Assembly: GCA_963705105.1 (NCBI GenBank)
Contig: CAVPIW010000019.1
Coordinates: 15,788 to 79,787 of the forward strand
Length of the DNA stretch: 64,000 nt
Origin: an uncultured Nitrospiraceae bacterium
GTDB taxonomy: Bacteria > Nitrospirota > Thermodesulfovibrionia > Thermodesulfovibrionales > Dissulfurispiraceae
Direction: 5' to 3'
Shown here: positions 41,481 to 52,212 of the stretch, one piece after another
Layout: every line of letters starts with the position of its first letter
Numbering within the stretch: position 1 is the stretch's first letter
Made by a program: the position numbers and the translations under genes
The notes under the pieces: generated by a model
Seen by the model: the letters and a program-made list of their open reading frames with translations, nothing else
Databases searched by the model: none
What the model was told of the DNA's origin: nothing

Positions 41481-44180
41481 TCATTCGAAGACCTCCTCCT
41501 CCTCGGGCAGAGGCAGTTGAGGCTGTTCCCCGAGGGGAAGGGAGAAGCGAAACACAGCCCCCCCGCCCGGACGGTTTTCAGCCCGGATACGTCCGCCGTG
41601 GGCATCGATGATCGCCCTGCAGATCGCAAGTCCAAGGCCGATGCCACCTCCTGAACCGTCCCCTCGCACGAATTTCTCGAAGATCCTCTCCTCTTCGCCC
41701 GGCCGGATGCCTGCTCCCCTGTCGGCCAGTTCCACCAGCACCTCGTCGCCCCTGACGGACGCTGATAACTCGAGCGGAGTGCCCTCGGGAGTGTACCGCA
41801 AGGCGTTTTCGAAGAGATTCATGAGGACCTGTCCGATGAGCAAAGCGTCGACTGAGAGAAGGGGCAGATCACCGGGCAGACGGGTCGTGACCTGGCGGCC
41901 GGCCATTTTGTCCGCAAGACGGTGGAGCACTGCACCAACGATCTCCTCGAAGGATTGCCATTCCCTCTTTATCGTGATTTCTCCCGACTCCAGCCGCATC
42001 ATATCCAGGACGTTCCGGATCAGTTGATTCAGATGCTCCGCCTCCTCGTAGATGGTCTGTGTCAGCTCCTGCCTGTTCGCCTTATCCAGAGCGGCATCAC
42101 CCTGCAAGAGAGTCGTCGCCGCCCCGGTGATCGCGGCGAGGGGCGTGCGCAGATCGTGGGAAACGGAGCTGAGGAGCGTATTGCGCAGGACTTCCCTTTC
42201 CGCCTTCAGGATCGCCTGCTGTGTCTCCTCTGCAAGCAGTGCCCTTTCGAGGGCCATGGCCGTCTGATTCGAAAAGCTCTCGAGAATATGGATCTGTTCC
42301 TGATCGAGAAGGGAGGATGCGGGATCGGGCAGGATGCCGAGGACGCCGACCGTGCCGGATGAAGTCAGGAGAGGCAAATAAAGGCCCATGGCCCCCGGCA
42401 GGGTGTCGGTCCCGAGGCCCGCCCTTTGAGAATGATCGAACACCCACTGGGCGACGCTTGATTCCCTCTCGTCGAGGGCGAACGTTTCAGGCGCCGTGAC
42501 CGGAACCGCCAGGGCGCCCTTTTCGTCGGGAAGCAGAATGACGACGCGGCTCGAGAAGACCTCTCCGATATGCTTCATGGCGACGGCGCATAGCCCCCTG
42601 ATGCTGCGCTCCTGCACAAGCTCCCTGCTCAGGTTGTACAGCGCTGAGGTCCTCTTCTCCCGAAATCTCGCCGCCGTTACCTGCTCCCGTATCCGGAGAG
42701 TGAGCCTGCTAATGACGGAGGCGACGATGAACAGGACGGCAAAGGTGAGAAAGTACCGCACGTCATGGACGGTAAAGGTGTAATAGGGGGGGATGAAGAA
42801 GAAATTGAAGGATGCCACGCTCAGGAGCGTTGCAAGAAGGGACGGCCATTTCCCCGTTCGGCTTGCCACGATCACGATTCCCAGAAGAAAAACCATGGCC
42901 ACATCGACAAGGGTGACAAAGTCATGCATAAGAGCAGCAACAGCGGTGCAGCATGAAACGACGCCCGCACTCAGAAGCCACTCCCCCGGTTTTATCTCCT
43001 GCCGCTCCGACCTGGCGACCGGTCGCGGAACAGGCTCGCCTGAATCGCCTGTGATGACGTAAATGTCTATGTCACCGCTTCCTCTCACGACATCATCGAG
43101 CAGGGAACCGAAGACCTTGTCCTTCCAGCGGGGATGGGTCGGCTTTCCTACGATAATCTTGGTGACATTGCGGTCGCGGGCATAGTTCAGTATCTCCTCG
43201 CTCGCCTTGTGACCCGTGAGTGTCACCGTTTCTGCCCCCAGGCTTTCGGCAAGGCGCATATGTTCGGAAAGCTCCGTGAGATCCTTGTCGGAGGGTTTTA
43301 CCATCGATGGCGCCTCGACATTCACCGCAATCCAGTCGGCCCTCAGGCTCGCGGACATGCGTTTGGCCGCCCGTATCAGGCGGATCGAGCGGGGATTCGG
43401 TCCGACACAGACCATGACCCGCTCCCCTGCGGGCCATATTTCCCTGACCCCCTTGACGACACGGTAGCTCTGCATTTGCGCGTCAACACGTTCGGCCGTA
43501 TGCCGCAGGGCCAGCTCGCGCAGCGCCAGCAGGTTTCCCTTCCGGAAGAAATGCTCCCGCGCCCTCTCCGCCAGTTCGGCAACATACACCTTGCCCTCGT
43601 TGAGCCGCTGCAGCAGGTCTTCCGGCGGCAGATCGGCGAGTTCTATCTCATCAGCCCTGTCGAGCACGGAGTCGGGCAGAGTCTCCCTGACGACGACGCC
43701 GGTAATCTGGGCGACCACATCATTGAGACTTTCGAGGTGCTGCACGTTCAGGGTCGTATACACGTCGATGCCTGCGGCGAGCAGTTCGAACACATCCTGC
43801 CATCTCTTCTTGTGGCGGGAGCCCGGAACATTGGTGTGCGCCAGTTCATCGACGAGTATGATCCCGGGTCTGCGGGCGAGGGCTGCATCGAGATCGAACT
43901 CCTTCAGCCGGGCGCCTCGGTACTCGATCGACCGGCGGGGAACCGTCTCGATCCCCTCGAGGAGAGCCCCCGTCTCCGGCCGCCCGTGAGTCTCCACGAT
44001 GCCGGCGACGACGTCAGCGCCTTCATCACGTTTCCTGCGCGCAGCCTCGAGCATCGCATAGGTTTTTCCGACACCCGGGGCGGCGCCGAAAAATACCTTG
44101 AGTCTCCCCTGGTGCCTGCGCTCCTCCTCCTTCCGGAACTCTCCGAGCAGCAGGTCGGGATCGGGCCTCTTCTCTTCCAC
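41481..44180 (-). CDS. kdpD: Sensor histidine kinase KdpD
   Basis: RPDPD, GAAPGVGKTYAML, VDELAHTN; Usp domain; 4 TM; GAF; SHDLRTPL. Confidence 0.95.
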   Translation of the reverse strand: MEEKRPDPDLLLGEFRKEEERRHQGRLKVFFGAAPGVGKTYAMLEAARRKRDEGADVVAGIVETHGRPETGALLEGIETVPRRSIEYRGARLKEFDLDAALARRPGIILVDELAHTNVPGSRHKKRWQDVFELLAAGIDVYTTLNVQHLESLNDVVAQITGVVVRETLPDSVLDRADEIELADLPPEDLLQRLNEGKVYVAELAERAREHFFRKGNLLALRELALRHTAERVDAQMQSYRVVKGVREIWPAGERVMVCVGPNPRSIRLIRAAKRMSASLRADWIAVNVEAPSMVKPSDKDLTELSEHMRLAESLGAETVTLTGHKASEEILNYARDRNVTKIIVGKPTHPRWKDKVFGSLLDDVVRGSGDIDIYVITGDSGEPVPRPVARSERQEIKPGEWLLSAGVVSCCTAVAALMHDFVTLVDVAMVFLLGIVIVASRTGKWPSLLATLLSVASFNFFFIPPYYTFTVHDVRYFLTFAVLFIVASVISRLTLRIREQVTAARFREKRTSALYNLSRELVQERSIRGLCAVAMKHIGEVFSSRVVILLPDEKGALAVPVTAPETFALDERESSVAQWVFDHSQRAGLGTDTLPGAMGLYLPLLTSSGTVGVLGILPDPASSLLDQEQIHILESFSNQTAMALERALLAEETQQAILKAEREVLRNTLLSSVSHDLRTPLAAITGAATTLLQGDAALDKANRQELTQTIYEEAEHLNQLIRNVLDMMRLESGEITIKREWQSFEEIVGAVLHRLADKMAGRQVTTRLPGDLPLLSVDALLIGQVLMNLFENALRYTPEGTPLELSASVRGDEVLVELADRGAGIRPGEEERIFEKFVRGDGSGGGIGLGLAICRAIIDAHGGRIRAENRPGGGAVFRFSLPLGEQPQLPLPEEEEVFE

Positions 44181-44251
44181 CTTATGCTCCTTGTCCGGGA
44201 TATAGAATTCTCGTGCAGTCGTAGGTGAAGCCTCTGTCAGTATGTAATGCC

Positions 44252-44323
44252 GTCATTCCGGCTTGTCCGGAATCGTTCTTCAGTTCAGAAGGATTCCCGA
44301 CGCGCTCCGCTTGCGGGAATGAC
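44252..44323 (-). repeat. Palindromic REP-like repeat, family A, copy 3
   Basis: GTCATTCCGGCTTGTCCGGAATC...GGATTCCCGACGC...GCGGGAATGAC. Confidence 0.85.
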
Positions 44324-44384
44324 AGCCCGTGTGACTCCACGTATGACCTCCATAACCCCTTCATCCTTCTAAAGTTTATCAGAC

Positions 44385-44957
44385 TTACCTCAACTCGTCC
44401 AATGCAAGGTTCAGCTTCAGGACATTGACCCTCGGCTCTCCGAAAATGCCGAACTGCCTTTCCTCGGTATGCCGGTCCACGAGAGAGCGGACGACAGCCT
44501 CATCGAGACCGCGCTCCTCCGCAACCCTCCTGATCTGGTATTTCGCTGCCGCAGGACTTACGTGAGGATCGAGACCACTGCCTGATGAGGTCACAAGGTC
44601 GGCGGGAATCTGTCTGCTCCCGTCCCGGTGGGCGGCCTTCAGGAGGGATGCGCTCTCCTGCACCCTCTTTATGAGGGCCGGGTTGCCCTGCGAGAGATTG
44701 GACGCGGAGGACGACGCGGCATTATATGGATGGGGCTGGGTTGCCGAGGACCTCCCCCGGAAATATCCCGGACCGTCGAAGTGTTGCCCGACGAGGGCGG
44801 AGCCTGCAGGCCTTCCATCCCTCATTATAATGCTGCCCCCCGCCTGAAGGGGAAACAGCACCTGGGCGATCCCCGTGACGAGCAAGGGGTACAGGGCACC
44901 CGTCAGGACGGTGAAGAGGGCCAGCATTGCGACCGATGTTCGTATGATAGTCAGCAT
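44385..44957 (-). CDS. kdpC: Potassium-transporting ATPase subunit C
   Basis: YPLLVTGIAQVLFP.QA.GS; DLVTSSGSGLDPHVS; GEPRVNVLKLNLALD. The ORF-track extension to 45101 is repeat-derived. Confidence 0.95.
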   Translation of the reverse strand: MLTIIRTSVAMLALFTVLTGALYPLLVTGIAQVLFPLQAGGSIIMRDGRPAGSALVGQHFDGPGYFRGRSSATQPHPYNAASSSASNLSQGNPALIKRVQESASLLKAAHRDGSRQIPADLVTSSGSGLDPHVSPAAAKYQIRRVAEERGLDEAVVRSLVDRHTEERQFGIFGEPRVNVLKLNLALDELR

Positions 44958-44965
44958 AAACCCTA

Positions 44966-45319
44966 CCTTTGCATGCACCCCGGAAAGGCGGGGTGTATGC
45001 GCCGAAAACCTTGGTGCGGCGACACCTGTATTGAGACGGAAGACGAGGCATAAGCCGATGTCAGGAGAATGGGACATATTCTCCGACACTGACCCTGACA
45101 CTCATACCTTATCGTTGCAATACACTCCCGGGAAAGACGGGGCGTATGCGCCGAAAACCTTGCTGCGGCGACACCTTAACCTTCACTGAAGGCAACCTTT
45201 CAAGCCAATGGTCGATTACACAGAGAGTGGAATCCTGAAAGACAAACCTGACGAGGCTCATCGTCGCCTTCAGTAAGGCTTTGAGGCGCTTCGCCCCGCC
45301 TTTTCATGCAGGTACAAGG
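44966..45319 (+). repeat. Two tandem family B MITE-like copies between kdpB and kdpC
   Basis: The core GGAAAG.CGGGG.GTATGCGCCGAAAACCTTG.TGCGGCGACACC occurs at about 44982 and 45131. Confidence 0.85.
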
Positions 45320-45330
45320 CAAAGTCTCTC

Positions 45331-47424
45331 CTAAAAGATGTGCAGCAGCGTTATCATCATATCAATGAGCTTGATGCCAACAAAGGGGATGACAAGACCT
45401 CCGAGCCCGTAGATGAGGAGATTATCGCGAAGGAGCACGGCTGCTCCGACAGGCCGGTATTTTACACCCCGAAGGGCCAGCGGTATCAGGAAGACGATCG
45501 CGAGGGCGTTGAAGATCACGGCCGAGAGGACCGCGCTCTGCGGAGTGGAAAGACCCATTATATTCAGTCCTCCGAGTTCGGGATAAATCGGCAGAAAAGC
45601 GGCGGGGAGAATTGCGAAATACTTCGACACGTCATTGGCGATGCTGAAGGTCGTCAGGGTGCCGCGCGTCATGAGCAGCTGTTTTCCGATCTCCACGATC
45701 TCGATCAACTTCGTCGGGTTGGAGTCGAGGTCCACCATGTTTCCCGCTTCCTTCGCCGCCTGGGTCCCCGTGTTCATGGCGACGGCGACATCGGCTTGCG
45801 CCAGGGCCGGGGCATCATTCGTACCGTCGCCCGTCATGGCCACCAGCCTCCCTCCTGCCTGGTACTCCCTGATGAGTTTGAGCTTCGCCTCCGGTGTCGC
45901 CTGGGCAAGGAAGTCGTCCACTCCCGCCTCCGCCGCGACTGCCGCAGCCGTGAGGGGGTTGTCCCCCGTGATCATGACCGTCCTGATGCCCATGCGCCGG
46001 AGTTCGGCGAATCGCTCCTTCATACCGCCCTTGACGATATCGCTCAACCGGATCGCGCCGAGCACCTTCTTCCCCTCCGCGACGACAAGAGGGGTCCCGC
46101 CGGCACGCGCTATTTCGGTGACCGTGCTTTTCACATCATCCGGATACGCGCCGCCCAGCCCGGTCACATACTCCCTGATGGCATCTGCGGACCCCTTGCG
46201 GATTTCCTTGCCGTCAAAATTCACGCCGCTCATGCGGGTCTGCGCCGAAAAGGGAATGAACCGGGCGCCCAACCCCTGGATATCCCGTTCACGGATGCCG
46301 AAGAGCTCTTTCGCGAGCACCACGATACTCCGTCCCTCCGGCGTCTCATCGGCCAGGGAGGAGATCTGCGCCGCATCGGCAAGGACCTGCGGTTCGATGC
46401 CCTGAGCCGGGATGAAGGCCGTTGCCTGCCTGTTGCCGAGCGTTATCGTGCCTGTCTTGTCGAGGAGCAGCACATCGACGTCTCCGGCCGCTTCCACGGC
46501 CCTGCCGGACATGGCGATGACGTTAGCCTGTATCATGCGGTCCATCCCGGCGATGCCGATTGCGGAGAGCAGTCCTCCTATGGTCGTGGGAATGAGGCAG
46601 ACCAAAAGGGCCGTGAGGATCGTCATCGTCACGGGGCTTCCCTGGCCGGCCGCCTTCACGCTGTACAGGGAAAAGGGCAGAAGCGTGGCCGTCGCCAGCA
46701 GGAAGATGATGGTCAGGCCCGCCAGGAGGATGTCGAGGGCGATCTCATTCGGCATCTTCTGACGCTTCGCCCCTTCAACCATGGAGATCATGCGGTCGAG
46801 GAAGGCCTCTCCCGGGTTGGCTGCAATTATCACGACAAGCCAGTCCGACAACACAAGGGTGCCCCCTGTAACCGCGCTCCTGTCCCCGCCGCTCTCCCGG
46901 ATGACAGGCGCGCTTTCGCCGGTGATGGCGCTCTCGTTGACCGACGCGACTCCGGAAACCACTTCGCCGTCCCCGGGAATGATGTCTCCCGCCTCGACGA
47001 GGACAATGTCTCCCTTGCTGAGCTGTGAAGAGGGGATGGGGGTGATGTCCGCGTCCTTTTCGGGGCGGGAGAGCCTCTTCGCCGTCACGTCCTTCCGGCT
47101 GCTGCGGAGCGTGTCGGCCTGGGCCTTCCCCCGCCCTTCAGCCATGGACTCGGCGAAATTCGCAAATAAGACGGTAACCCAAAGCCAGAGCGAAATGGCC
47201 ATGATGAAGGCCGGTGATTCTTCCCCGTGAGCGAAAAGAGCATGGAGAAAAAGGGCCGTCGTCAAAATGCTGCCGACCTCGACGACGAACATGACGGGCT
47301 TGCGTATCTGATAGAGCGGGTTCAGCTTGACAAGGGAATCAAGCAATGCCCTTCTCACAATGGCGGGCTCAAACAGGGGACGCTGTGTCTTATCCTTGCG
47401 CATGCTCGCTCTCCTCTCCGTCAC
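45331..47424 (-). CDS. kdpB: Potassium-transporting ATPase subunit B
   Basis: [37 protein letters not shown]. Start may instead be ATG 47403. Confidence 0.97.
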   Translation of the reverse strand: MTERRASMRKDKTQRPLFEPAIVRRALLDSLVKLNPLYQIRKPVMFVVEVGSILTTALFLHALFAHGEESPAFIMAISLWLWVTVLFANFAESMAEGRGKAQADTLRSSRKDVTAKRLSRPEKDADITPIPSSQLSKGDIVLVEAGDIIPGDGEVVSGVASVNESAITGESAPVIRESGGDRSAVTGGTLVLSDWLVVIIAANPGEAFLDRMISMVEGAKRQKMPNEIALDILLAGLTIIFLLATATLLPFSLYSVKAAGQGSPVTMTILTALLVCLIPTTIGGLLSAIGIAGMDRMIQANVIAMSGRAVEAAGDVDVLLLDKTGTITLGNRQATAFIPAQGIEPQVLADAAQISSLADETPEGRSIVVLAKELFGIRERDIQGLGARFIPFSAQTRMSGVNFDGKEIRKGSADAIREYVTGLGGAYPDDVKSTVTEIARAGGTPLVVAEGKKVLGAIRLSDIVKGGMKERFAELRRMGIRTVMITGDNPLTAAAVAAEAGVDDFLAQATPEAKLKLIREYQAGGRLVAMTGDGTNDAPALAQADVAVAMNTGTQAAKEAGNMVDLDSNPTKLIEIVEIGKQLLMTRGTLTTFSIANDVSKYFAILPAAFLPIYPELGGLNIMGLSTPQSAVLSAVIFNALAIVFLIPLALRGVKYRPVGAAVLLRDNLLIYGLGGLVIPFVGIKLIDMMITLLHIF

Positions 47425-49202
47425 CGGCCCGTCAGATATTCCGCAACAGGTCCCAGTGCCAGGGCCGGCAGGTAGGTGAGTGCGCCGACGAGGACGATGA
47501 TCATGACAAGGAGGAAGACGAAGAGCGGCGTATGGGTCGGCAGCGTTCCGGCGCCTGCCGGCACCTGTTTCCTGGAGGCCAGGGAACCGGCGATGGCGAT
47601 GACGGGGATCATGACCCAGAACCGCCCGAAGAACATGGCCAGTCCCAGCAGTGTGTTGTAGAAGGGAGTGTTCGCCGAAAGCCCGGCAAAGGCGCTCCCG
47701 TTGTTGTTGCCGGCCGACGAGAAGGCATAAAGCACCTCGGAAAAGCCGTGGGGACCGGGATTGGCTATGCCGGCCCTGCCGGATTCGTTTATGACCGCGG
47801 CAGCCGTTCCTATGAGCACGACTGCCGCAGGCACCAGGATGACGAGGGAAGCCATCTTCATCTCGAAGGAGCCTATCTTCTTGCCGAGATACTCAGGCGT
47901 GCGCCCGACCATCAGCCCGGCGACGAACACTGCGATAATTGCGAAGACGATCATGCCGTAGAGCCCCGATCCGACTCCGCCAAAAACGATCTCACCAAGC
48001 TGAATGAGCCACAGGGGAACGAGTCCTCCCAGGGGACTGAAGGAGTCATGCATGGCATTGACGGACCCGTTCGAAGCAGCAGTCGTCGCCGCCGCCCAGA
48101 GGGCTGATAAGGCCACGCCGAACCTCACCTCTTTACCTTCCATGTTTCCGTCGGTCTGATCGATCCCCAGGGCGTTGAAGAACGGGTTTCCCTGCTGCTC
48201 GAAATGGTACGTCAGAAAAACGAGAGGAATGAATATGACGAGCATGGCGGTGAGGAGCGCCCATCCCTGCCTCACGTCACCCACCATGCGGCCGAAGGTG
48301 TAACAGAGCGCCGCCGGTATAAGGAGGATGGCGAGCAGCTCCAGGAAATTGGACAGTGGTGTCGGGTTTTCGAAGGGATGGGAGGAATTGGCATTGAAGA
48401 ACCCGCCGCCGTTCGTGCCGAGCTGTTTGATGGCGACCTGGGACGCGACGGGCCCAAGCGGCAGTGTCTGTTCCTTTATCAGAATACTCTCACTCCGCCC
48501 CTTCCCTGTTTCGTCAATGCGAGGGGCGCCTCCTTCACCGGCCGCCTCTCTTTCGAGGGAGAGGGGCTGAAGAAGTGACACCCGTATCGGGGCGGTGAAA
48601 CTCTGCACCACTCCCTGCGATACGAGGGCCAAAGCAAGGATGATCGAAAGGGGCAGGAGAATGTAGAGAGTCGAACGGGTCAGATCGACCCAGAAATTGC
48701 CGATCGTCAGTGCCGAACGCCGTGTGAATCCCCGTATCAAAGCAACCAGCACGGCCATGCCCGAGGCCGCCGAGAGAAAGTTCTGCACACCGAGGCCGGC
48801 CATCTGGGTCAGGTAGCTCATCGTCGTCTCGCCGCCATAGCCCTGCCAGTTCGTGTTTGTGACGAAGCTGACCGCCGTATTGAAGGAAGAGTCGGGGGAC
48901 GGGGCGGGCAGGCCCTGAGGATTCAACGGCAGAGAGGACTGGAGGCGCTGCAGCAGGTACAGGACAACCATGCCGCAGAGGCTGAACCAGAGGACCGCTC
49001 CGGCATAGGATCTCCATGTCATCTCCGTTTCTCGCCTTATGCCGCAGATGCGGTACATGAATCTCTCGAGCGGCCCCACGATGCGCTGGGCCAGGCGCGC
49101 TTCCCCCTCGTATACGCGGGCCATGTACGCACCCAGAGGTTTCACCAGGAGGACGATGACAGTGATGTGCAGGATGATTTGGAAGATCCCGCTCAGTGTC
49201 AT
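47421..49202 (-). CDS. kdpA: Potassium-transporting ATPase subunit A
   Basis: [36 protein letters not shown]. Confidence 0.97.
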   Translation of the reverse strand: MTLSGIFQIILHITVIVLLVKPLGAYMARVYEGEARLAQRIVGPLERFMYRICGIRRETEMTWRSYAGAVLWFSLCGMVVLYLLQRLQSSLPLNPQGLPAPSPDSSFNTAVSFVTNTNWQGYGGETTMSYLTQMAGLGVQNFLSAASGMAVLVALIRGFTRRSALTIGNFWVDLTRSTLYILLPLSIILALALVSQGVVQSFTAPIRVSLLQPLSLEREAAGEGGAPRIDETGKGRSESILIKEQTLPLGPVASQVAIKQLGTNGGGFFNANSSHPFENPTPLSNFLELLAILLIPAALCYTFGRMVGDVRQGWALLTAMLVIFIPLVFLTYHFEQQGNPFFNALGIDQTDGNMEGKEVRFGVALSALWAAATTAASNGSVNAMHDSFSPLGGLVPLWLIQLGEIVFGGVGSGLYGMIVFAIIAVFVAGLMVGRTPEYLGKKIGSFEMKMASLVILVPAAVVLIGTAAAVINESGRAGIANPGPHGFSEVLYAFSSAGNNNGSAFAGLSANTPFYNTLLGLAMFFGRFWVMIPVIAIAGSLASRKQVPAGAGTLPTHTPLFVFLLVMIIVLVGALTYLPALALGPVAEYLTGR

Positions 49203-49291
49203 GAGAAGATCTCCGGTTTCAAAAGCGCCACGATGAGGTAGACAAGCAACCCCGCCGTGACGACCCCGCCGATCCAGTAGAAGATGTCCAT
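49199..49291 (-). CDS. kdpF: KdpF small membrane subunit (30 aa)
   Basis: Manual translation: [30 protein letters not shown] (YL..ALL.PE.F motif); ATGA overlap with kdpA. Confidence 0.9.
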   Translation of the reverse strand: MDIFYWIGGVVTAGLLVYLIVALLKPEIFS

Positions 49292-49300
49292 AAGAACCTC

Positions 49301-49381
49301 TCAGATCCTGACGAAGAGCTGCACGAGAAGCATCGTGACGCCGAAGAGAACGATGCAGTTGGTGAAATAAAGGGCGTCCAT
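49301..49381 (-). CDS. Second small hydrophobic peptide upstream of kdpF (26 aa)
   Basis: [26 protein letters not shown] with strong RBS AAGGAGG; first ORF of the operon. Confidence 0.7.
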   Translation of the reverse strand: MDALYFTNCIVLFGVTMLLVQLFVRI

Positions 49382-49497
49382 ACAGCCTCCTTTCCTGTTT
49401 AAAGCTTAGCAGAAAGAAGAATAAAGGTGTTGTAAGAAAAGGAGTTTATCGCATAAATTTTCTGCAAAGAGAATCTTCGGTGAGGGGCACTGCATCC

Positions 49498-49538
49498 TTT
49501 TTTACAGATTCTTAATACACAAAGCCCCGTTCTTGACA
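49498..49538 (+). promoter_or_regulatory. Candidate KdpE box and -35 of the divergent gene
   Basis: TTTTTTACAGATTCTTAATAC...AAGCCCC..TTGACA; same layout as the region upstream of kup. Confidence 0.5.
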
Positions 49539-49623
49539 CCTTTTTAATTGCATTACCTGCTATTATTTGAATAGGAAGTGCACTGGTTGTTTGACAGATT
49601 TTATGAACAGAAAGGAAAACACC

Positions 49624-50040
49624 ATGATAGCGAGATCGATAGCCGCCGGATTTGCGGTGCTTTTCTTTATCTCGACAGGTTTGGCTATTGACCTTATCGG
49701 TCAGCATCCCTCGGGCGACTTTTTGAATGCCCCCCTGGCGATGAAAACAGAAAGGGGACCGGAAAACCTCTCGGTGACCGTCATCGAGTTCAGCAGAGGA
49801 ATCGGCACGTCAAAGAAATGGGAAAAAATTAACGACGACGCCTGGAGACTGATCACGGATTACAGGGACCCCGTTGCGGGTGAAAACAAATATTACAATC
49901 TCGAATTCCGGAAAAAGGACTCCCTTGTCGTCCTCTCAGAGGTCTCCTTCAACGGTCATGCCCTCTCACGTGATGAGATGCGCGCTTTTGTGCAAAGCAT
50001 TATCAAGAACTACGAACAGCGTATCAGTACGCCGAAATAG
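49624..50040 (+). CDS. Hypothetical exported protein
   Basis: Signal peptide MIARSIAAGFAVLFFISTGLA; RBS AAAGGA. Confidence 0.7.
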   Translation: MIARSIAAGFAVLFFISTGLAIDLIGQHPSGDFLNAPLAMKTERGPENLSVTVIEFSRGIGTSKKWEKINDDAWRLITDYRDPVAGENKYYNLEFRKKDSLVVLSEVSFNGHALSRDEMRAFVQSIIKNYEQRISTPK

Positions 50041-50130
50041 ACCTCGTCGCATTCATCCTGTCATTTATTCACTTCGTGAACGACTATCATTCATATCATG
50101 AATACCACTCCCCATGTTGAACAGCCTTAA

Positions 50131-50370
50131 CGTTATCGTTGCATACGCCATCCGTGAAGGCGGGGTGTATGCGCCGAAAACCTTGATGCGGCGACACCAT
50201 ACCCGTCACAGAAGATAACGTTTCAAACCGATGGGATAGGTACAAATAGTGTAATCCTGTAGGGGCCGTTCCCCGAACGGCCCGACATTAATGACGATTT
50301 TCCGACACTGACACTCACACGAACACTGTTTTCAGAGCGATTCGCCCCGCCTTTTCGCGCAACTGGAAGG
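50131..50370 (+). repeat. MITE-like repeat, family B
   Basis: TTATCGTTGCATAC...AAGGCGGGGTGTATGCGCCGAAAACCTTG...ACACTGACACTCACAC...TTCGCCCCGCCTTTT...GGAAGG. Confidence 0.85.
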
Positions 50371-51879
50371 TTAAGGCCGGCCTTCCCGCTGAATAAGTGA
50401 ATCGAACCAGCTCCTGATAAGGAGAAAGGCCGGCACGGCGCAGGCCCTGTGGTCGACGGCGCCGGGGGTTATCAACTGAACGTCCGGGGCGCCCTGCTCC
50501 ACGAAATAACTGTACGCCGTCACCGCGTTCTCATAGGGCACATCCCTGTCGCCGGTGCAGTGATAGAGCCGCGTCTTTGACCGGGGTGTCCAGCGGTAGG
50601 CGTCGTTTTCACGCAGGGCTGTCCTCAGGAGCCTGAGTTCAGCGGTCTCGGGGGCACCGGGAGAACCGGCAATCTGAGGAGATAGTATGTCCCTTGGGAC
50701 CAGTGGTAACAGGTCGTTGATTTCACCGCCGCCGTGGTTGCCGTCAAAGAGCGGGGGGATGGAACCCGCATACGGTTCAGCCATGAGTTGACCAGCCGAG
50801 TCGGCCAGCCCATAGATCCCGTTGTAGGCGAGCAGGAGAAAGGGCAAATAGTAGGGATTGGGCACTGCCGCACCCGAAAGCGCCTGGTTCAGCATCGTCC
50901 CCGAGAGATCATAGGGGCCCGCAGCCGGCGCAGAGGCGGTGATGGCGAACTCGCCGGCATGGAGCGTCTCGATCTCCCTCTGGGCCGCCATGGTTGCATA
51001 ACCGCCCTCGGAATAACCGGCCAGGAAAATCCGCCCGTCCAGATTGATCGCATGGGTCGAACACCAGGCGCGCAGGGCCCGCATCATGTCGATCACCGCA
51101 CCGGAGAGGGTCTTCGCGTGGACGAAGGGATGGAGCCCTGAAGAGCCCCCGAAGCCGAGATAATCCGGGGCTGAGACAACATACCCGGAAGCGGCCATGA
51201 CGACGGCGGGGATGTCATAGCCCACCGCCGACGGCGCCTCGTCTCTCCTCGTCAGTGTGCCGTGCTGGTAGCTGAGCAGAGGAGCCGGCCCGTTCAGGTT
51301 GAGAGGTACCGCCATCAGGCCCGACGCCTGCATGGGCTTACCGAAAGCATCGGCGGTCATGTACAGGACCTTGAAGAGCGAAACCCCATGGGATGCCCTG
51401 AAACCAATAAGGGAGTATGTTGCCGAGATCTCTTCCCGCGTGAACGTCGATAGGGGAGTGACGGAAACGATCTGGCCCCTGCCGGGAGGATCCGGAGCGG
51501 ATGCAGCCGCCGTGAGCACGAAGCCCGGCTGACCGTCTCGGGGCGAAAAGGAAAGGACAGCGGAATAGAGATGACCACCGAAGCCGATGAGGGGAACACG
51601 GAGGGTCAGATCTGTGAGGTCGACAGTCGCACTTGCTCCTGCGGGAGGCCGGGAGGTGCGCTCCGCCACATCGGCGATAGAAAAGAAGGCCGCATCATCG
51701 GACGGATCATAGACGATGTCGAGGGAAAACACCCTGTCCTGCACTTCGACCCAGGGCATGTGCAGCCGCAGGTCTTCAGACAACAGGGCTATGGCAAGAA
51801 CATTGGCCGGCACAAAAAGGGAGAGCACCAAGGCCAGAAGAATTGTTGCGATGCAAGCCCGGGCGTTAACGGTCTTCAT
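50371..51879 (-). CDS. Secreted alpha/beta hydrolase (secretory lipase-like)
   Basis: Signal peptide; SYQHGT, APDYLGFG, nucleophile motif GYSEGG, D.DVPY, H. Confidence 0.85.
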   Translation of the reverse strand: MKTVNARACIATILLALVLSLFVPANVLAIALLSEDLRLHMPWVEVQDRVFSLDIVYDPSDDAAFFSIADVAERTSRPPAGASATVDLTDLTLRVPLIGFGGHLYSAVLSFSPRDGQPGFVLTAAASAPDPPGRGQIVSVTPLSTFTREEISATYSLIGFRASHGVSLFKVLYMTADAFGKPMQASGLMAVPLNLNGPAPLLSYQHGTLTRRDEAPSAVGYDIPAVVMAASGYVVSAPDYLGFGGSSGLHPFVHAKTLSGAVIDMMRALRAWCSTHAINLDGRIFLAGYSEGGYATMAAQREIETLHAGEFAITASAPAAGPYDLSGTMLNQALSGAAVPNPYYLPFLLLAYNGIYGLADSAGQLMAEPYAGSIPPLFDGNHGGGEINDLLPLVPRDILSPQIAGSPGAPETAELRLLRTALRENDAYRWTPRSKTRLYHCTGDRDVPYENAVTAYSYFVEQGAPDVQLITPGAVDHRACAVPAFLLIRSWFDSLIQREGRP

Positions 51880-52147
51880 GAAAGCCTCCTGAAACCTACC
51901 CGTTCCTCTTTTTGAAAAGGATCATGGGAAAAGAGACTGAATCGCTCACGATGAAACTATACAAAGAGTATACCGCATCATTCTTATTCAATGTAATTGC
52001 GCTCGCAATCACCTTGACTGCAATAGGACCTCCGGAAAGGCGGGGCGAAGCTGCAAGGCTCATTCATTCCCAGGGGTATTCCTCTCACCTTGGAAGGAAG
52101 CGCCCTCAGTCGTATAGTATAGAGATGTGTGACAGAGGGATGTTTTC

Positions 52148-52179
52148 TTTGCGCTCTTTGCGACTTTGCGTGAGACAAT
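52148..52179 (+). repeat. Family C short repeat
   Basis: TTTGCGCTCTTTGCGACTTTGCGTGAGACAA; also at about 20422 and, as a variant, about 54606. Confidence 0.75.
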
Positions 52180-52212
52180 ATTTCGCATTATATTAGAAGT
52201 AGGGATAGATTC

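Noticed and set aside
44958..45101. N-terminal extension of kdpC in the ORF track
   Set aside because: Lies within the family B repeat; KdpC similarity begins at ATG 44957.
45340..47028. Long antisense ORFs (562 aa here; also 20476-21939, 23033-24409, 32152-33708, 43134-44228)
   Set aside because: Shadows of well-supported genes on the opposite strand, expected at high GC.
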